From the IMG/VR virus record IMGVR_UViG_3300027782_003601, positions 112,193 through 176,192 of that record: a stretch of DNA of 64,000 nucleotides; one strand, written 5' to 3'. Under the pieces are notes generated by a model. It saw only the letters and a program-made list of their open reading frames with translations. It ran no database searches and was not told the origin of the DNA. This stretch comes from a virus. This document shows, piece after piece, positions 1 to 9,712 of this stretch. The position numbers were made by a program, and so were the translations under genes. Position 1 is the first letter of the stretch. Each line of letters begins with the position of its first letter.

Positions 1-10
1 TTCTGAAATT

Positions 11-802
11 ATGTCCACTAATAATTCGGTAGCAGAGAAGATTTTAAAAGAAAATTTTAATTCAAAAAAAGAACTTTCAAAAGAATTAAAATTATATCAG
101 TATCTTATCAACGAAAAATATAATTCAGAATCTAAAGCAGAACAATTTATTAATACAATTTGCGAAGCAAGAAAAAGATTAGATGAAAAAAAACTTATAA
201 AAGAAAAATATAATCTAATTAAACAATTAAAAGAAACTTATAATATTGATGAGTTTATCAAATCATCGGTATCCAATTATAAAACTCTTGCTTCAATTTA
301 CAAAATATTTGAAGTAGTTAGTACCGAAGAACAATACGACCCAACGGATATTGTTAGTTCCCGTTTTACTATTGCAGAAAACATTATCAATACATCTATT
401 CAGAACAAAGATTCAAAAATCAAAAATGCAGTATTAGAAGAATACAGAAAGCAAGATGAAGATTTAAGAGCAATTTCATATAAATTTTTAGTAGAAAATT
501 TTAACAAAAAATATAAAAATTTAACAAATGACCAAAAAAGTTTATTGAGAGAATATATTAATAATATCAATAATACTGGTAAATTAAATGCATATGTTTC
601 TGATGAAGTTTCTAAATTGATTGGTGGATTAAAAGAAGTTGGTGCTAAAATTACAGATAAAGTAACTAAAATTAAATTAGCAGAAACTATTTCCAATATT
701 AGAAAGATTAAATCAGCAAAAAGAATTAAAGAAGAACATCTTTCAGCAATGATGATGATTTATGAATTATTAGGAGAATTAAAAAATAGTTTAAATAAAT
801 AA
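11..802 (+). CDS. Helical head-module protein, probably 5'-truncated by the window edge
   Basis: 263-aa Lys/Glu-rich ORF; the frame is open to the window start; lies upstream of protease/scaffold/capsid genes. Confidence 0.6.
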   Translation: MSTNNSVAEKILKENFNSKKELSKELKLYQYLINEKYNSESKAEQFINTICEARKRLDEKKLIKEKYNLIKQLKETYNIDEFIKSSVSNYKTLASIYKIFEVVSTEEQYDPTDIVSSRFTIAENIINTSIQNKDSKIKNAVLEEYRKQDEDLRAISYKFLVENFNKKYKNLTNDQKSLLREYINNINNTGKLNAYVSDEVSKLIGGLKEVGAKITDKVTKIKLAETISNIRKIKSAKRIKEEHLSAMMMIYELLGELKNSLNK

Positions 803-804
803 AA

Positions 805-1074
805 ATGGTAAATTATAGAATATTTAACGCAAAAGAATTTGTAGCAGCAGGTGCAGGAACATCTGGTTCTTTGGATAAAGCTTGGGGAGTAATGAGAGGT
901 TCGGCAGTATGTTCAGGTTCAATAACATTGGAGGGATTTGTAAATGCATCCGGTTCTAATCCAACTAGTAATCGTGCTACATTAAAATTAGAATCTTTAA
1001 TTCAAGGAGAACCCATTCCATGTTATGTTAGAGATATTACAGTAACAGTAGGAACTGCTTATTTATTAGCATAA
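805..1074 (+). CDS. Small hypothetical virion protein
   Basis: 89-aa ORF tightly packed in the head operon, with SGS motifs like the other virion proteins. Confidence 0.6.
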   Translation: MVNYRIFNAKEFVAAGAGTSGSLDKAWGVMRGSAVCSGSITLEGFVNASGSNPTSNRATLKLESLIQGEPIPCYVRDITVTVGTAYLLA

Positions 1075-1086
1075 AATTATAAAGAT

Positions 1087-2196
1087 ATGCCATCAGTCAG
1101 TAAAGCACAGCAAAAATTTATGGGAATGGTTCATGCTGCCCAACAGGGTGATATGGAAAATCCATCACCCGAAGTTCAAAAAGCAGCAGATTCAATGTCT
1201 GATAAAGATGCCAAAGATTTTGCATCAACAAAACATAAAGGTTTACCTGACCATGTTAAAGAATTTATTATTAGAGAAGTTAGGGGTATTAAAACAATTA
1301 GTAAAGAGTATGGTGATATTGTAGACCAAATTCAAAAACATTTGGAATTATATAAACAAACAAAAGGAACTCCTGCTGAAAAACAACATATTCAACAATT
1401 AAAACAACTTAATGATAAAAAGAAATCATTGGCAGCTGAATTAGACCAAAAAGTTAGTGGGATGTATAAAGATGCGGAATTAAAAGTTGATGAAATAAAT
1501 GTTACTGGCAATATAGATGGATATAATACTCCATATGCATTTAGTGGTAAAGATGATGAAACATCTAAAGGAAAGAAACAAGCAGATTTAACTGGATATT
1601 CAGTAGTTAAAGAATCTTTAATCAAAGAAGATATAGATACTATGTACCTTGCTATGATTGTAATGGCACAAGCAGCAATACTAGGTGGTAATATTGGTAT
1701 GTTAGCCGGTAAATACGTTGATAGTAAAGGTGTATTTCCAAATATTGATGATATAAAAAGATGGTGGAAAGATAGAAAAGATGATAAAGCAGTTAAATCA
1801 ATCATAGCTAAAATAAAGAGTGACCCGGAAATGATTGCATTTTTCAAAATGTCTCAAACTCAACAAAGAGGGAAATTTAGAAAATTGGTTGCTACCAAAC
1901 TATCTCCGGATGAAATTCAATATTTGAATAGAATTAACAAAAGTGATTTACAAGAAAATCGTTGGGTAGCATTACGACAAGAAGAATCAACTCCAACTCA
2001 AAAAATAGGAAGAGGGATTTCAAATATAAATAAACAACTTAAAGAAATGGAACAATTTCTAAGTTGGTACGGTAAAATTAAAAATGAAAACGGAGTTTCT
2101 AATAAAAATTTCTGGAAAAGAACAAATTCTCATATTTATAATATAAAAGAGAGGTTGTTAAAATTAGACCAACAAATTCGTAAAATATCTGAATAA
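1087..2196 (+). CDS. Putative prohead core/internal protein with N-terminal DUF3008-like domain
   Basis: N-terminus MPSVSKAQQKFMG...SMSDKDAKDFASTKHKGLP resembles DUF3008; several (I/L)xE motifs. Confidence 0.55.
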   Translation: MPSVSKAQQKFMGMVHAAQQGDMENPSPEVQKAADSMSDKDAKDFASTKHKGLPDHVKEFIIREVRGIKTISKEYGDIVDQIQKHLELYKQTKGTPAEKQHIQQLKQLNDKKKSLAAELDQKVSGMYKDAELKVDEINVTGNIDGYNTPYAFSGKDDETSKGKKQADLTGYSVVKESLIKEDIDTMYLAMIVMAQAAILGGNIGMLAGKYVDSKGVFPNIDDIKRWWKDRKDDKAVKSIIAKIKSDPEMIAFFKMSQTQQRGKFRKLVATKLSPDEIQYLNRINKSDLQENRWVALRQEESTPTQKIGRGISNINKQLKEMEQFLSWYGKIKNENGVSNKNFWKRTNSHIYNIKERLLKLDQQIRKISE

Positions 2197-2756
2197 TGAA
2201 ATTACACCAATTAAAAGAGCTTGTTAAGCAAGTTGTAAGAGAAGAGGAAGATTACCAACAACTGTTTAAACATATGTTGGATAAATCGGGTAAATCAATT
2301 CCATCTATGTCCGATGATGAAAAAAAGAAATTCTTTAATGCAGTAGATACGGCATACAAAGCAAAATCGGAAGGTAGATTGCGAGGATATAACGAAGAAC
2401 AACTTAATGAAAAAAGTTTTAAAGCAAGTATTGGTAGACGTATTGTAGATGTGGGTGGTCAAAGTAAAGAACAATTTATTAAATATATGAAACATCGTGG
2501 ATTAATTCAAGTTTTTAAAACAAAAGATTTGAAAAATTCAGATTATTTTTATGTATATGAATCTGCAAACGAAGGAACAAACGAAGAAGAAATTAAATGG
2601 AATGCAGTTGAAAACGCAATCATTAACTTTCTAAAAATGAATACAAAGATTTTAGATAAAAGAGTTAAAGATAGAGATACTGATGGTGTTAAAGGTGGTT
2701 TACAATCAATAATTGATGGATTAACTAACGCACAACGTAGTTTAAAATTAAAGTAA
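2196..2756 (+). CDS. Putative prohead core/internal protein
   Basis: TAATG coupling on both sides; N-terminal LKELVKQVVREE motif shared with 3366..3680. Confidence 0.55.
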   Translation: MKLHQLKELVKQVVREEEDYQQLFKHMLDKSGKSIPSMSDDEKKKFFNAVDTAYKAKSEGRLRGYNEEQLNEKSFKASIGRRIVDVGGQSKEQFIKYMKHRGLIQVFKTKDLKNSDYFYVYESANEGTNEEEIKWNAVENAIINFLKMNTKILDKRVKDRDTDGVKGGLQSIIDGLTNAQRSLKLK

Positions 2757-3346
2757 TGAGCAAGGGATTATTGATAGAGACGCATTTGTTTGAAGCAAAA
2801 ATACAAGAAGAATCTAACGGTACTTTACTTGTTAAAGGTGTTTTGCAAAGAGCAGGTGCTGAAAATCAAAATGGTAGAAGATACCCTAAAGAAATTCTTG
2901 AAAGAGAATGTAAAAAATATCAACAACTTATTAACGAAAGAAGAGCATTGGGTGAATTAGACCATCCAGATTCTCCCGTTATTAACTTAAAGAATGTATC
3001 ACATAACATTAGAGAAATTTATTGGGAAGGTGATGATGTATGCGGAGTAGTAGAAATCCTTTCAACACCATCTGGTAACATTTTAAAAGAATTATTAAAA
3101 AACAACATCCGTTTAGGTATTTCATCAAGAGGATTAGGTTCGGTAAAAGAATTAAAAGATGGAACTGTAATGGTAGCAGAAGATTTTGAATTAGTAGGTT
3201 GGGATTTTGTTTCAAACCCATCTACACATGGAGCATTTATGGCACCTGTAAACGAATCCAAACAATGGAAGAAGATTGCAGATGAGTGTGGTAAATGGTG
3301 TAAAGTACAAGATTTAATGAGGGAAATTCTAATAGAATTAAATTAA
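2756..3346 (+). CDS. gp21: Prohead core protease (T4 gp21-like)
   Basis: NQNGRRYP, ALGELDHP, VSH, LGISSRGLGS and DFVSNPS motifs. Confidence 0.95.
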   Translation: MSKGLLIETHLFEAKIQEESNGTLLVKGVLQRAGAENQNGRRYPKEILERECKKYQQLINERRALGELDHPDSPVINLKNVSHNIREIYWEGDDVCGVVEILSTPSGNILKELLKNNIRLGISSRGLGSVKELKDGTVMVAEDFELVGWDFVSNPSTHGAFMAPVNESKQWKKIADECGKWCKVQDLMREILIELN

Positions 3347-3365
3347 TAAAAAAAACAATACAAAT

Positions 3366-3680
3366 ATGAAAGTAGTAGATTTGTCACCTGGAAAAAAAAT
3401 AAATACTCAACAATTAAAAGAACTTATTAAACAAGTTATTAGAGAAGAAAATTATCATAAAAAATTAGCTAAAGAATCATTAGAAGATTTGGATACAACA
3501 TTGCCAGTTGGTGTTGAAAGATATTTAGATAAGATGGTATCTCAAATTAAAGGAATGAATCTTAATCGTAAAAAAGAGATTCTTGTATTAGCAAAAGTAA
3601 TTGATGCTATGGGAATGGATAAGCAAGAATTAATGAGATACATCCAACAAATTAAGAAAAAAGATATTTTAGGAAAATAA
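3366..3680 (+). CDS. Putative prohead core/internal protein
   Basis: 104 aa; QLKELIKQVIREE motif. Confidence 0.55.
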   Translation: MKVVDLSPGKKINTQQLKELIKQVIREENYHKKLAKESLEDLDTTLPVGVERYLDKMVSQIKGMNLNRKKEILVLAKVIDAMGMDKQELMRYIQQIKKKDILGK

Positions 3681-3684
3681 TACT

Positions 3685-4320
3685 ATGATACGTTTAAAAG
3701 ATTTACTTAAAGAATCAGAAGAGCTACAACAACTCCCAACTGAATTAAAAAGACACTTCTTAGAAATCATTTCAACTTATGGTCAACATAGAGAAGGAAT
3801 GACTAGAAAATCTGATATCAGACAAGTTGCAGAAACTTTAGGTGGTATTGCAGATGCAGCACAAGAATATACTTTGAGAGAAGGTGGTGATTGGTTTGAT
3901 AGAGTTACTATTAAACGTAATATGAGTGAGTTAAAAAAATTACAATCTGCATTTGAAAAAGAATCACTAGAAGCAAAAGCACAGGAACAAAGATTGGAAG
4001 CTCTATATGAAGATATGGGGAATGTGTTAGGAAGATATTTTGAGATAGCTAATGTTTCAGAAAAAGTTATGAAAGAAAGATTGGGTAGAACTTCAATTCA
4101 AGAAGCTAAAAAATACGATATAGGTTCTGGATGGATGGGAAATGGTTTAACTATTTGGAATAGAGCTGAAGAACAATATGGTGATTATAAAATAATTGCT
4201 CATATTGGTAAAGATGGTACTTTAAGTATAAGAGATAAAAAATTACCAAATGATATCAAGCAAATGTTCCAAACTTGGGCAGATACTATGAAAAAGGGTG
4301 ATAGACCAGCAACATACTAA
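3685..4320 (+). CDS. Putative prohead core/internal protein
   Basis: 211 aa; begins MIRLKDLLKESEE; coiled-coil-like middle. Confidence 0.55.
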   Translation: MIRLKDLLKESEELQQLPTELKRHFLEIISTYGQHREGMTRKSDIRQVAETLGGIADAAQEYTLREGGDWFDRVTIKRNMSELKKLQSAFEKESLEAKAQEQRLEALYEDMGNVLGRYFEIANVSEKVMKERLGRTSIQEAKKYDIGSGWMGNGLTIWNRAEEQYGDYKIIAHIGKDGTLSIRDKKLPNDIKQMFQTWADTMKKGDRPATY

Positions 4321-4324
4321 TTAA

Positions 4325-4696
4325 ATGGAAGAGTTAGCATCATTATTATTACAAAGTAGAACTCAAGCTCATTCTTTCCATTGGGGAGTTAAAGGTATAG
4401 GTTCACATTCTGCACATTTAGCATTGGGTAATTACTACGATTCAATCGGTGAGTTGGTAGATGGATTAGTTGAAGCATATCAAGGTAAAGAAGGTTTGAT
4501 TCAAATTTCAGGAATTGGAACATTAGATAAAAATAATGATATTAAAAATATTATTAATTACTTTGAAACTCTTTGTAATTTAATTGCAAAATTAAGAAAA
4601 AATCCTAAATTGCAAGATTCTTGGATACAAAATGATATTGATACAATTGTATCTTTACTATATTCTACTAAATATAAATTGGTTAATCACCAATAA
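4325..4696 (+). CDS. Ferritin/Dps-like four-helix-bundle protein (DUF5856-like)
   Basis: HSFHW...SHSAHLALGNYYD...LVDGLVEAYQG pattern typical of phage Dps-like proteins. Confidence 0.75.
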   Translation: MEELASLLLQSRTQAHSFHWGVKGIGSHSAHLALGNYYDSIGELVDGLVEAYQGKEGLIQISGIGTLDKNNDIKNIINYFETLCNLIAKLRKNPKLQDSWIQNDIDTIVSLLYSTKYKLVNHQ

Positions 4697-4725
4697 AATT
4701 TAGTAATATACAAAAAAATACTGAT

Positions 4726-4755
4726 AATTCCAAAGAAATTTGGAATTTTTCTTTA
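4726..4755 (+). terminator. Rho-independent terminator
   Basis: AATTCCAAA-GAAA-TTTGGAATT hairpin followed by a T-rich tract. Confidence 0.65.
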
Positions 4756-4772
4756 GTTTTCTAAAAAGTTAT

Positions 4773-4920
4773 ATACTTATTATTAAATATCCCATTCATT
4801 ATGGGATTACTTTTTATAGTTGATTAATGAATACCCTTCTTTATAAGGCGTGACCGAACAATCAACAGAATATCATTGGAGTTGTAATCAATAACTTCAC
4901 AAGTAAATCATAAAAAATAA
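4773..4920 (+). promoter_or_regulatory. Late-promoter variant (ATACTTATT) plus structured 5' leader of the scaffold/capsid operon
   Basis: Promoter-motif variant followed by four to five compatible helices (see findings). Confidence 0.5.
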
Positions 4921-6252
4921 ATGGCAAACTCAAAATTGTTAAAAGAAGCAATCGCCGATGCTAAAGCCGTAAAGGAAACCGCATTAGCAAACGCAAAATT
5001 AGCTCTTGAAGAAGCATTCACTCCAAGATTACAATCTATCTTATCTCAAAAGATGAGAGCAGAAGCAGAAGAAATGGAAAATGATGACCAAGAAGAAGCT
5101 ATGTATGAAGAATTGGATTCGTCAAACATTGGTTCAAAAGTAGGAACTGATGCGGCGGCAAATCCTGGAGCTCAACCAACATTAGATGCAGATACTGATT
5201 TATCAGTAGGTGTAGCTAAAGATAGTGGAAAACCAGAGCAAGCAGGAACTGACTACAGTAAAGTAGCAGACATCAACGAAGAAGATGATATGGGATATGG
5301 AGATGATGAAAAAGACCAAGAAATTGCTGAATTGAAAGCTAGATTAGCTGAATTAGAAGATGGCGGCGATGATTGGGCAGATGGTTTTTCTCCAGAAAAC
5401 GAAGAAGAAGACCCTTTTGCATCAATGAAAGGGGATGATAATTCTTATGGAATGGAAGATGAGGAAGATGACCATATGGAACCAGATATGGATAATATGG
5501 GTGGTGAAAGTGATAATGATGAAGATAATATGGATTTAGAATCTATTATCAGAGAATTAGAAGCACAATTAGGTGATGATGGAGAAGATGATGAAGAAAT
5601 GCCAAAAGAAGACCCTAATGCAGATAAAATTGCTGAATTAAAAAGACAATTGGCTGAATTAGAAGATGGTGGAGAAGATTGGTCAGATTCCGATGAACCA
5701 AAAACAGAATCTAAAAAATTAAGAGAATCACGTAGAAGATTAAGAGAAGATTATACCGATGGAGCTGAAGTTGGTACTGATGAAGACGGTGAAAAAGTAA
5801 TTGACTTAGAAGAAATTCTTCGTGAAATGGAAGATGATATGAAAGGTGGTTCGGAAGAAGATGATTCAGAAGAATTAAAATCAGATTTAGAAGAAGCATA
5901 CAAGACTATCAAATCATTACAATCAACTATTAATGAAGTTAATTTGTTAAATGCAAAATTATTATTCGCTAACAAATTGTTCAGAGCTCATAATATGACT
6001 AACGAACAAAAAGTTAAAGTAATTGAAACTTTGGATAGAACAAAATCAGTAAGAGAAGTTAAATTGGTTTACTCTACATTGGCAGAGAATTTCAAATACA
6101 CTTCATCAAACAAAATTGTTAAGAAATCAATCGCAGAAGGAATTGCAAGTAAAGTAACTAAATCTACTAAGCCAGCAGCTCAAAAACAAGTAATTTCGGA
6201 ATCTGTTGCAATTTCTAACAGATTTAAAAAATTAGCAGGTATTATTAAATAA
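4921..6252 (+). CDS. Prohead scaffold protein (gp22-equivalent)
   Basis: Very acidic, coiled-coil-like, directly upstream of the capsid gene; C-terminal RFKKLAGIIK; internal repeat IAELKxxLAELEDGGxDW twice. Confidence 0.8.
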   Translation: MANSKLLKEAIADAKAVKETALANAKLALEEAFTPRLQSILSQKMRAEAEEMENDDQEEAMYEELDSSNIGSKVGTDAAANPGAQPTLDADTDLSVGVAKDSGKPEQAGTDYSKVADINEEDDMGYGDDEKDQEIAELKARLAELEDGGDDWADGFSPENEEEDPFASMKGDDNSYGMEDEEDDHMEPDMDNMGGESDNDEDNMDLESIIRELEAQLGDDGEDDEEMPKEDPNADKIAELKRQLAELEDGGEDWSDSDEPKTESKKLRESRRRLREDYTDGAEVGTDEDGEKVIDLEEILREMEDDMKGGSEEDDSEELKSDLEEAYKTIKSLQSTINEVNLLNAKLLFANKLFRAHNMTNEQKVKVIETLDRTKSVREVKLVYSTLAENFKYTSSNKIVKKSIAEGIASKVTKSTKPAAQKQVISESVAISNRFKKLAGIIK

Positions 6253-6275
6253 CGAAAAAACAATTTAATTTAAAA

Positions 6276-7937
6276 ATGAACTTAAAAAAATTAATGACAG
6301 GTGCTAACCCACAAAGCATTATGCTTGAGCAAACTAGAGGTTTGAAAGGCAAGTGGGAAAAAACAGGATTACTTGAAGGAGTAGGTTCTGAAACAACTAA
6401 GCATGGTATGGCAGTGATGTTAGAGAACCAAGCTAAGCAATTATTGGACGAGGCAACTCGTACAGGTACTTCAGCAGGTTCTGAAGAATGGGCAGGTGTT
6501 GCTCTTCCATTAGTAAGACGTATTTTCGGTTCTATCGCAGCAAAAGAATTTGTTTCGGTTCAACCAATGAACTTACCTTCAGGTCTTATTTTCTATATGG
6601 ATTTCAAATATGGTTCAACTGCAGGAAAAGATTCTAATAGACCAGCTTCTGGTTCTTCTTTATTTGGTGATGGTGGTACTTATGGTAAAGATTCTTTATC
6701 TCCAGCAGGTAACAAATTAGGTTCAACTCAAGCTACTACTGGTGGTTTGTATGGAGCAGGACGTTTTGGATACACAATCAATGATACTAAAGTTGCCGTT
6801 GCCGGTAAAACTATTGCAACTGCTTCATTGGCTGATATTTCTTTTGATTTAACTGATTCTACTATTTCTGGTGCATACGCAACAGGTCGTATTAAAAAAG
6901 TAACTGTACCTTTTACTGATTTATCAGGTTCTAGAGGTTCTGCTGACCAAAACGCAGTTAGAGCATTTGATTTTATCAACTCTGGTTCTGGATTTACATT
7001 CTTACCACAATATACTAAAGTTAATGGTGCTAACGTTGAATTCTTAGCTTATACTACTCTTAATACATCTACTGCATTTGGTGGAACTGTTGCAACTGTA
7101 GCAGGTGAGGTTGTTTATGTAGCTCAACCGGGTGCTGATAACAGAGGTGATTTTGAAGATAAAGGTTCTGATTTAGCTATTACAGAAATTGAATTAGAAT
7201 TAAAATCTGAGCCAATTGTGGCTAAGACTCGTAAATTGAAAGCAATCTGGACTCCAGAATTAGCTCAAGATTTAAATGCATATCACTCAGTAGATGCTGA
7301 AGCTGAATTAACTCAAATGTTATCTGAGTATATCTCATTAGAGATTGACTTAGAAATTTTAGAGATGTTGCAGCAAAACGCATTCACAACTGATTATTGG
7401 TCTGCAAAAGTTGGATACGATTTTAACTCAGCAACAAATACTTTCGCAATTGATTCTAACGCAGCTGCTGCAAGTGCTTACCAAAAGAGTAGTTGGTTCC
7501 AGACTTTGGGTATCAAATTACAAAAGGTATCTAATAAGATTCACCAATTAACAATGAGAGGTGGAGCAAATTTTGTCGTTTGTTCTCCTAACGTTGCAAC
7601 TATTTTAGAATCAATGAATGGTTTCTCAGCAAATCCTGGTAAAGATGCTTTACAATTTGCAGCTGGTGTAACTAACATTGGTCAAATTTCTAATAGATAC
7701 GATGTTTATAAGAATCCTTATATGACAGAAAACGTTATCTTATTAGGTTTCAAAGGTTCTAACTTCTTTGAGACAGGTGCGGTTTACGCTCCATATGTTC
7801 CGTTGATTATGACTCCATTAGTGTACGACCCAACTAACTTTACTCCACGTAGAGGTGTTATGACTCGTTACGCTAAGAAAATCGTAAGACCAGAATTTTA
7901 CGGTAAAATCATCGTTGATGGATTAGAGACTCTTTAA
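6276..7937 (+). CDS. gp23: Major capsid protein (T4 gp23-like)
   Basis: LENQ, LPLVRR, VQPMNLPSGLIF, AKTRKLKAIWTPELAQDLNAYH, YAPYVPL and GVMTRY motifs. Confidence 0.97.
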   Translation: MNLKKLMTGANPQSIMLEQTRGLKGKWEKTGLLEGVGSETTKHGMAVMLENQAKQLLDEATRTGTSAGSEEWAGVALPLVRRIFGSIAAKEFVSVQPMNLPSGLIFYMDFKYGSTAGKDSNRPASGSSLFGDGGTYGKDSLSPAGNKLGSTQATTGGLYGAGRFGYTINDTKVAVAGKTIATASLADISFDLTDSTISGAYATGRIKKVTVPFTDLSGSRGSADQNAVRAFDFINSGSGFTFLPQYTKVNGANVEFLAYTTLNTSTAFGGTVATVAGEVVYVAQPGADNRGDFEDKGSDLAITEIELELKSEPIVAKTRKLKAIWTPELAQDLNAYHSVDAEAELTQMLSEYISLEIDLEILEMLQQNAFTTDYWSAKVGYDFNSATNTFAIDSNAAAASAYQKSSWFQTLGIKLQKVSNKIHQLTMRGGANFVVCSPNVATILESMNGFSANPGKDALQFAAGVTNIGQISNRYDVYKNPYMTENVILLGFKGSNFFETGAVYAPYVPLIMTPLVYDPTNFTPRRGVMTRYAKKIVRPEFYGKIIVDGLETL

Positions 7938-7961
7938 TCTCAATCAATTAAAGTAACCATT

Positions 7962-7995
7962 AAGGGAGGACAGAAATGTTCTCCCTTTTGTTTTA
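7962..7995 (+). terminator. Rho-independent terminator after capsid gene
   Basis: AAGGGAGGACA-GAAA-TGTTCTCCCTT hairpin plus T tract. Confidence 0.85.
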
Positions 7996-8024
7996 TAGGA
8001 TATATCAGTTCTTTTTTATTTCTT

Positions 8025-8033
8025 ATATTTATA
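8025..8033 (+). promoter_or_regulatory. Putative late promoter ATATTTATA
   Basis: Same 9-mer recurs in intergenic gaps at 14762, 15120, 20757, 27409, 35782, 39731, 42782 and 48380; variants at 38087, 51039 and 4773. Confidence 0.65.
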
Positions 8034-8057
8034 GGTGTAAAACTATAAATTTTCATT

Positions 8058-9254
8058 ATGTCTGTAAACACATACTGGTCAGGTTCAGTATCTGGCTCAT
8101 TTATATCGGGTTCATCTACTCCTTTTGGAATTTACGATTCGGATACTGGATTTAGAAATGATGCACCTAAAACTGCAACATGGGTAGCAAAGCGTTTAGG
8201 ATATCCAATTGTTAATATTGAATTGAATAATGACCAAATATTTGCTTGCTTTGAAGAATCTGTTTCAGAATATTCAGCACAAGTAAATCAATTTAATCTT
8301 CGTAATAACCTTGATATTTTAAGAGGTCAACCAAAGGGTAAAATTGCAAATTATTCTCAAACTCTTGTAGATGGTTCATATTTGCCAACATCAATTCGTA
8401 TGGCACAACAATATGGAACATTATCAGGTGTAGGAGGTTCAACTGCAATCAAAAAAGCATATATAACATTAACATCATCAGTTCAAGTATATGATTTGAT
8501 GACTCAAGCAACAGATAATGAAAGTAGTCGTTCTTTTGGGTTAATATTTAGTGGTTCATCAACTGTTGATGTTACAAAGGTATTTCACGAAGCAATTCCC
8601 GCAATTACTCGTTTCTTTGACCCATATTCGGTAGGTGCACAAGGTACGTTGAATTTAATGAGTGAGTTAGGTTTTGGTAATTATTCACCTGCTGCACAAT
8701 TCTTAATGATGCCTTTATATGAGGATGTATTGAGAATGCAACATATTGAATTTAATGACCATATTCGTAAATCAGCATTTACATTTAATATTGTAGATAA
8801 TAAATTAGAAATATTTCCCGTTCCAACTATAAATTCACCATCAAGAATATACTTTGAGTATATGAGTAGAGATGAATTTGAACATGATTCTCAAACTATT
8901 CAATCAGAATCACTTTCTGATTATTCAGATATTCCGTATGATTTTATTCAATATTCAAATATAAATGATGTTGGAGTACAATGGATTAGAAAGTATACAT
9001 TAGCACTCTCTAAGGAGTTGTTAGGAGCAATAAGAGAGAAGTATTCATCTATTCCTATACCTGATGCAGAAATCTCTTTAGATGGGGCAGCATTGAGAGC
9101 AGAAGCACAAGTTGAAAAAGATTATCTAATCACTCAATTAAGAGAAAATTTAGAAGAGATGAGTAGAAAAAATGTGATGGAAAATAAAACACATGAATCT
9201 AATCATCATCAAGAAATGTTAAGAAAAGTTCCATTAAAATTATATGTAGGATAA
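8058..9254 (+). CDS. gp13: Neck protein (T4 gp13-like)
   Basis: RLGYPIVNIEL at the N-terminus; WIRKYTLALSKELLGAIREKYSSIPIP...LDG at the C-terminus; follows the capsid gene. Confidence 0.85.
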   Translation: MSVNTYWSGSVSGSFISGSSTPFGIYDSDTGFRNDAPKTATWVAKRLGYPIVNIELNNDQIFACFEESVSEYSAQVNQFNLRNNLDILRGQPKGKIANYSQTLVDGSYLPTSIRMAQQYGTLSGVGGSTAIKKAYITLTSSVQVYDLMTQATDNESSRSFGLIFSGSSTVDVTKVFHEAIPAITRFFDPYSVGAQGTLNLMSELGFGNYSPAAQFLMMPLYEDVLRMQHIEFNDHIRKSAFTFNIVDNKLEIFPVPTINSPSRIYFEYMSRDEFEHDSQTIQSESLSDYSDIPYDFIQYSNINDVGVQWIRKYTLALSKELLGAIREKYSSIPIPDAEISLDGAALRAEAQVEKDYLITQLRENLEEMSRKNVMENKTHESNHHQEMLRKVPLKLYVG

Positions 9255-9255
9255 T

Positions 9256-9711
9256 ATGCCAAAGTTTTCATTAGGTAGAGATTTAGATTTTTTTCATAGT
9301 ATTGCCAGAGAATTGGTAGATACTGTGATAGAAAATACATTTATATTATTTAAAGTAGATTTAAATGCTACAAAAGTAAATATTTACGGAGAAGCATTAG
9401 ATAAAACTTGGCATCCAGGTGTTGAATTATATGGTTTAGTTGATAAAGAACCTGAAGGAGTTTTATATGAAGGATTTGGTCCAGATTTAGTACAAGCTAT
9501 GACTTTTAAAGTTGATAAAGGATTGTGTGAAGAAAGAAACATATATCCCGAAATTGGTGATATTATACATTACGATGATTCCTATTATGAAATTGATAAT
9601 ACAAATGAAATTCAGTTTATAGCAGGTTCACCTGATAATAATTGGAGTATTGTAATTACGGCATTCCAAGTAAGCAAATCAACTCTAAATATAGAACAAA
9701 GAATAGATTAA
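9256..9711 (+). CDS. Neck/head-closure protein (T4 gp14-like)
   Basis: NIYGE and PEIGDII..DDSYYEI motifs; lies between gp13-like and gp15-like genes. Confidence 0.7.
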   Translation: MPKFSLGRDLDFFHSIARELVDTVIENTFILFKVDLNATKVNIYGEALDKTWHPGVELYGLVDKEPEGVLYEGFGPDLVQAMTFKVDKGLCEERNIYPEIGDIIHYDDSYYEIDNTNEIQFIAGSPDNNWSIVITAFQVSKSTLNIEQRID

Positions 9712-9712
9712 T

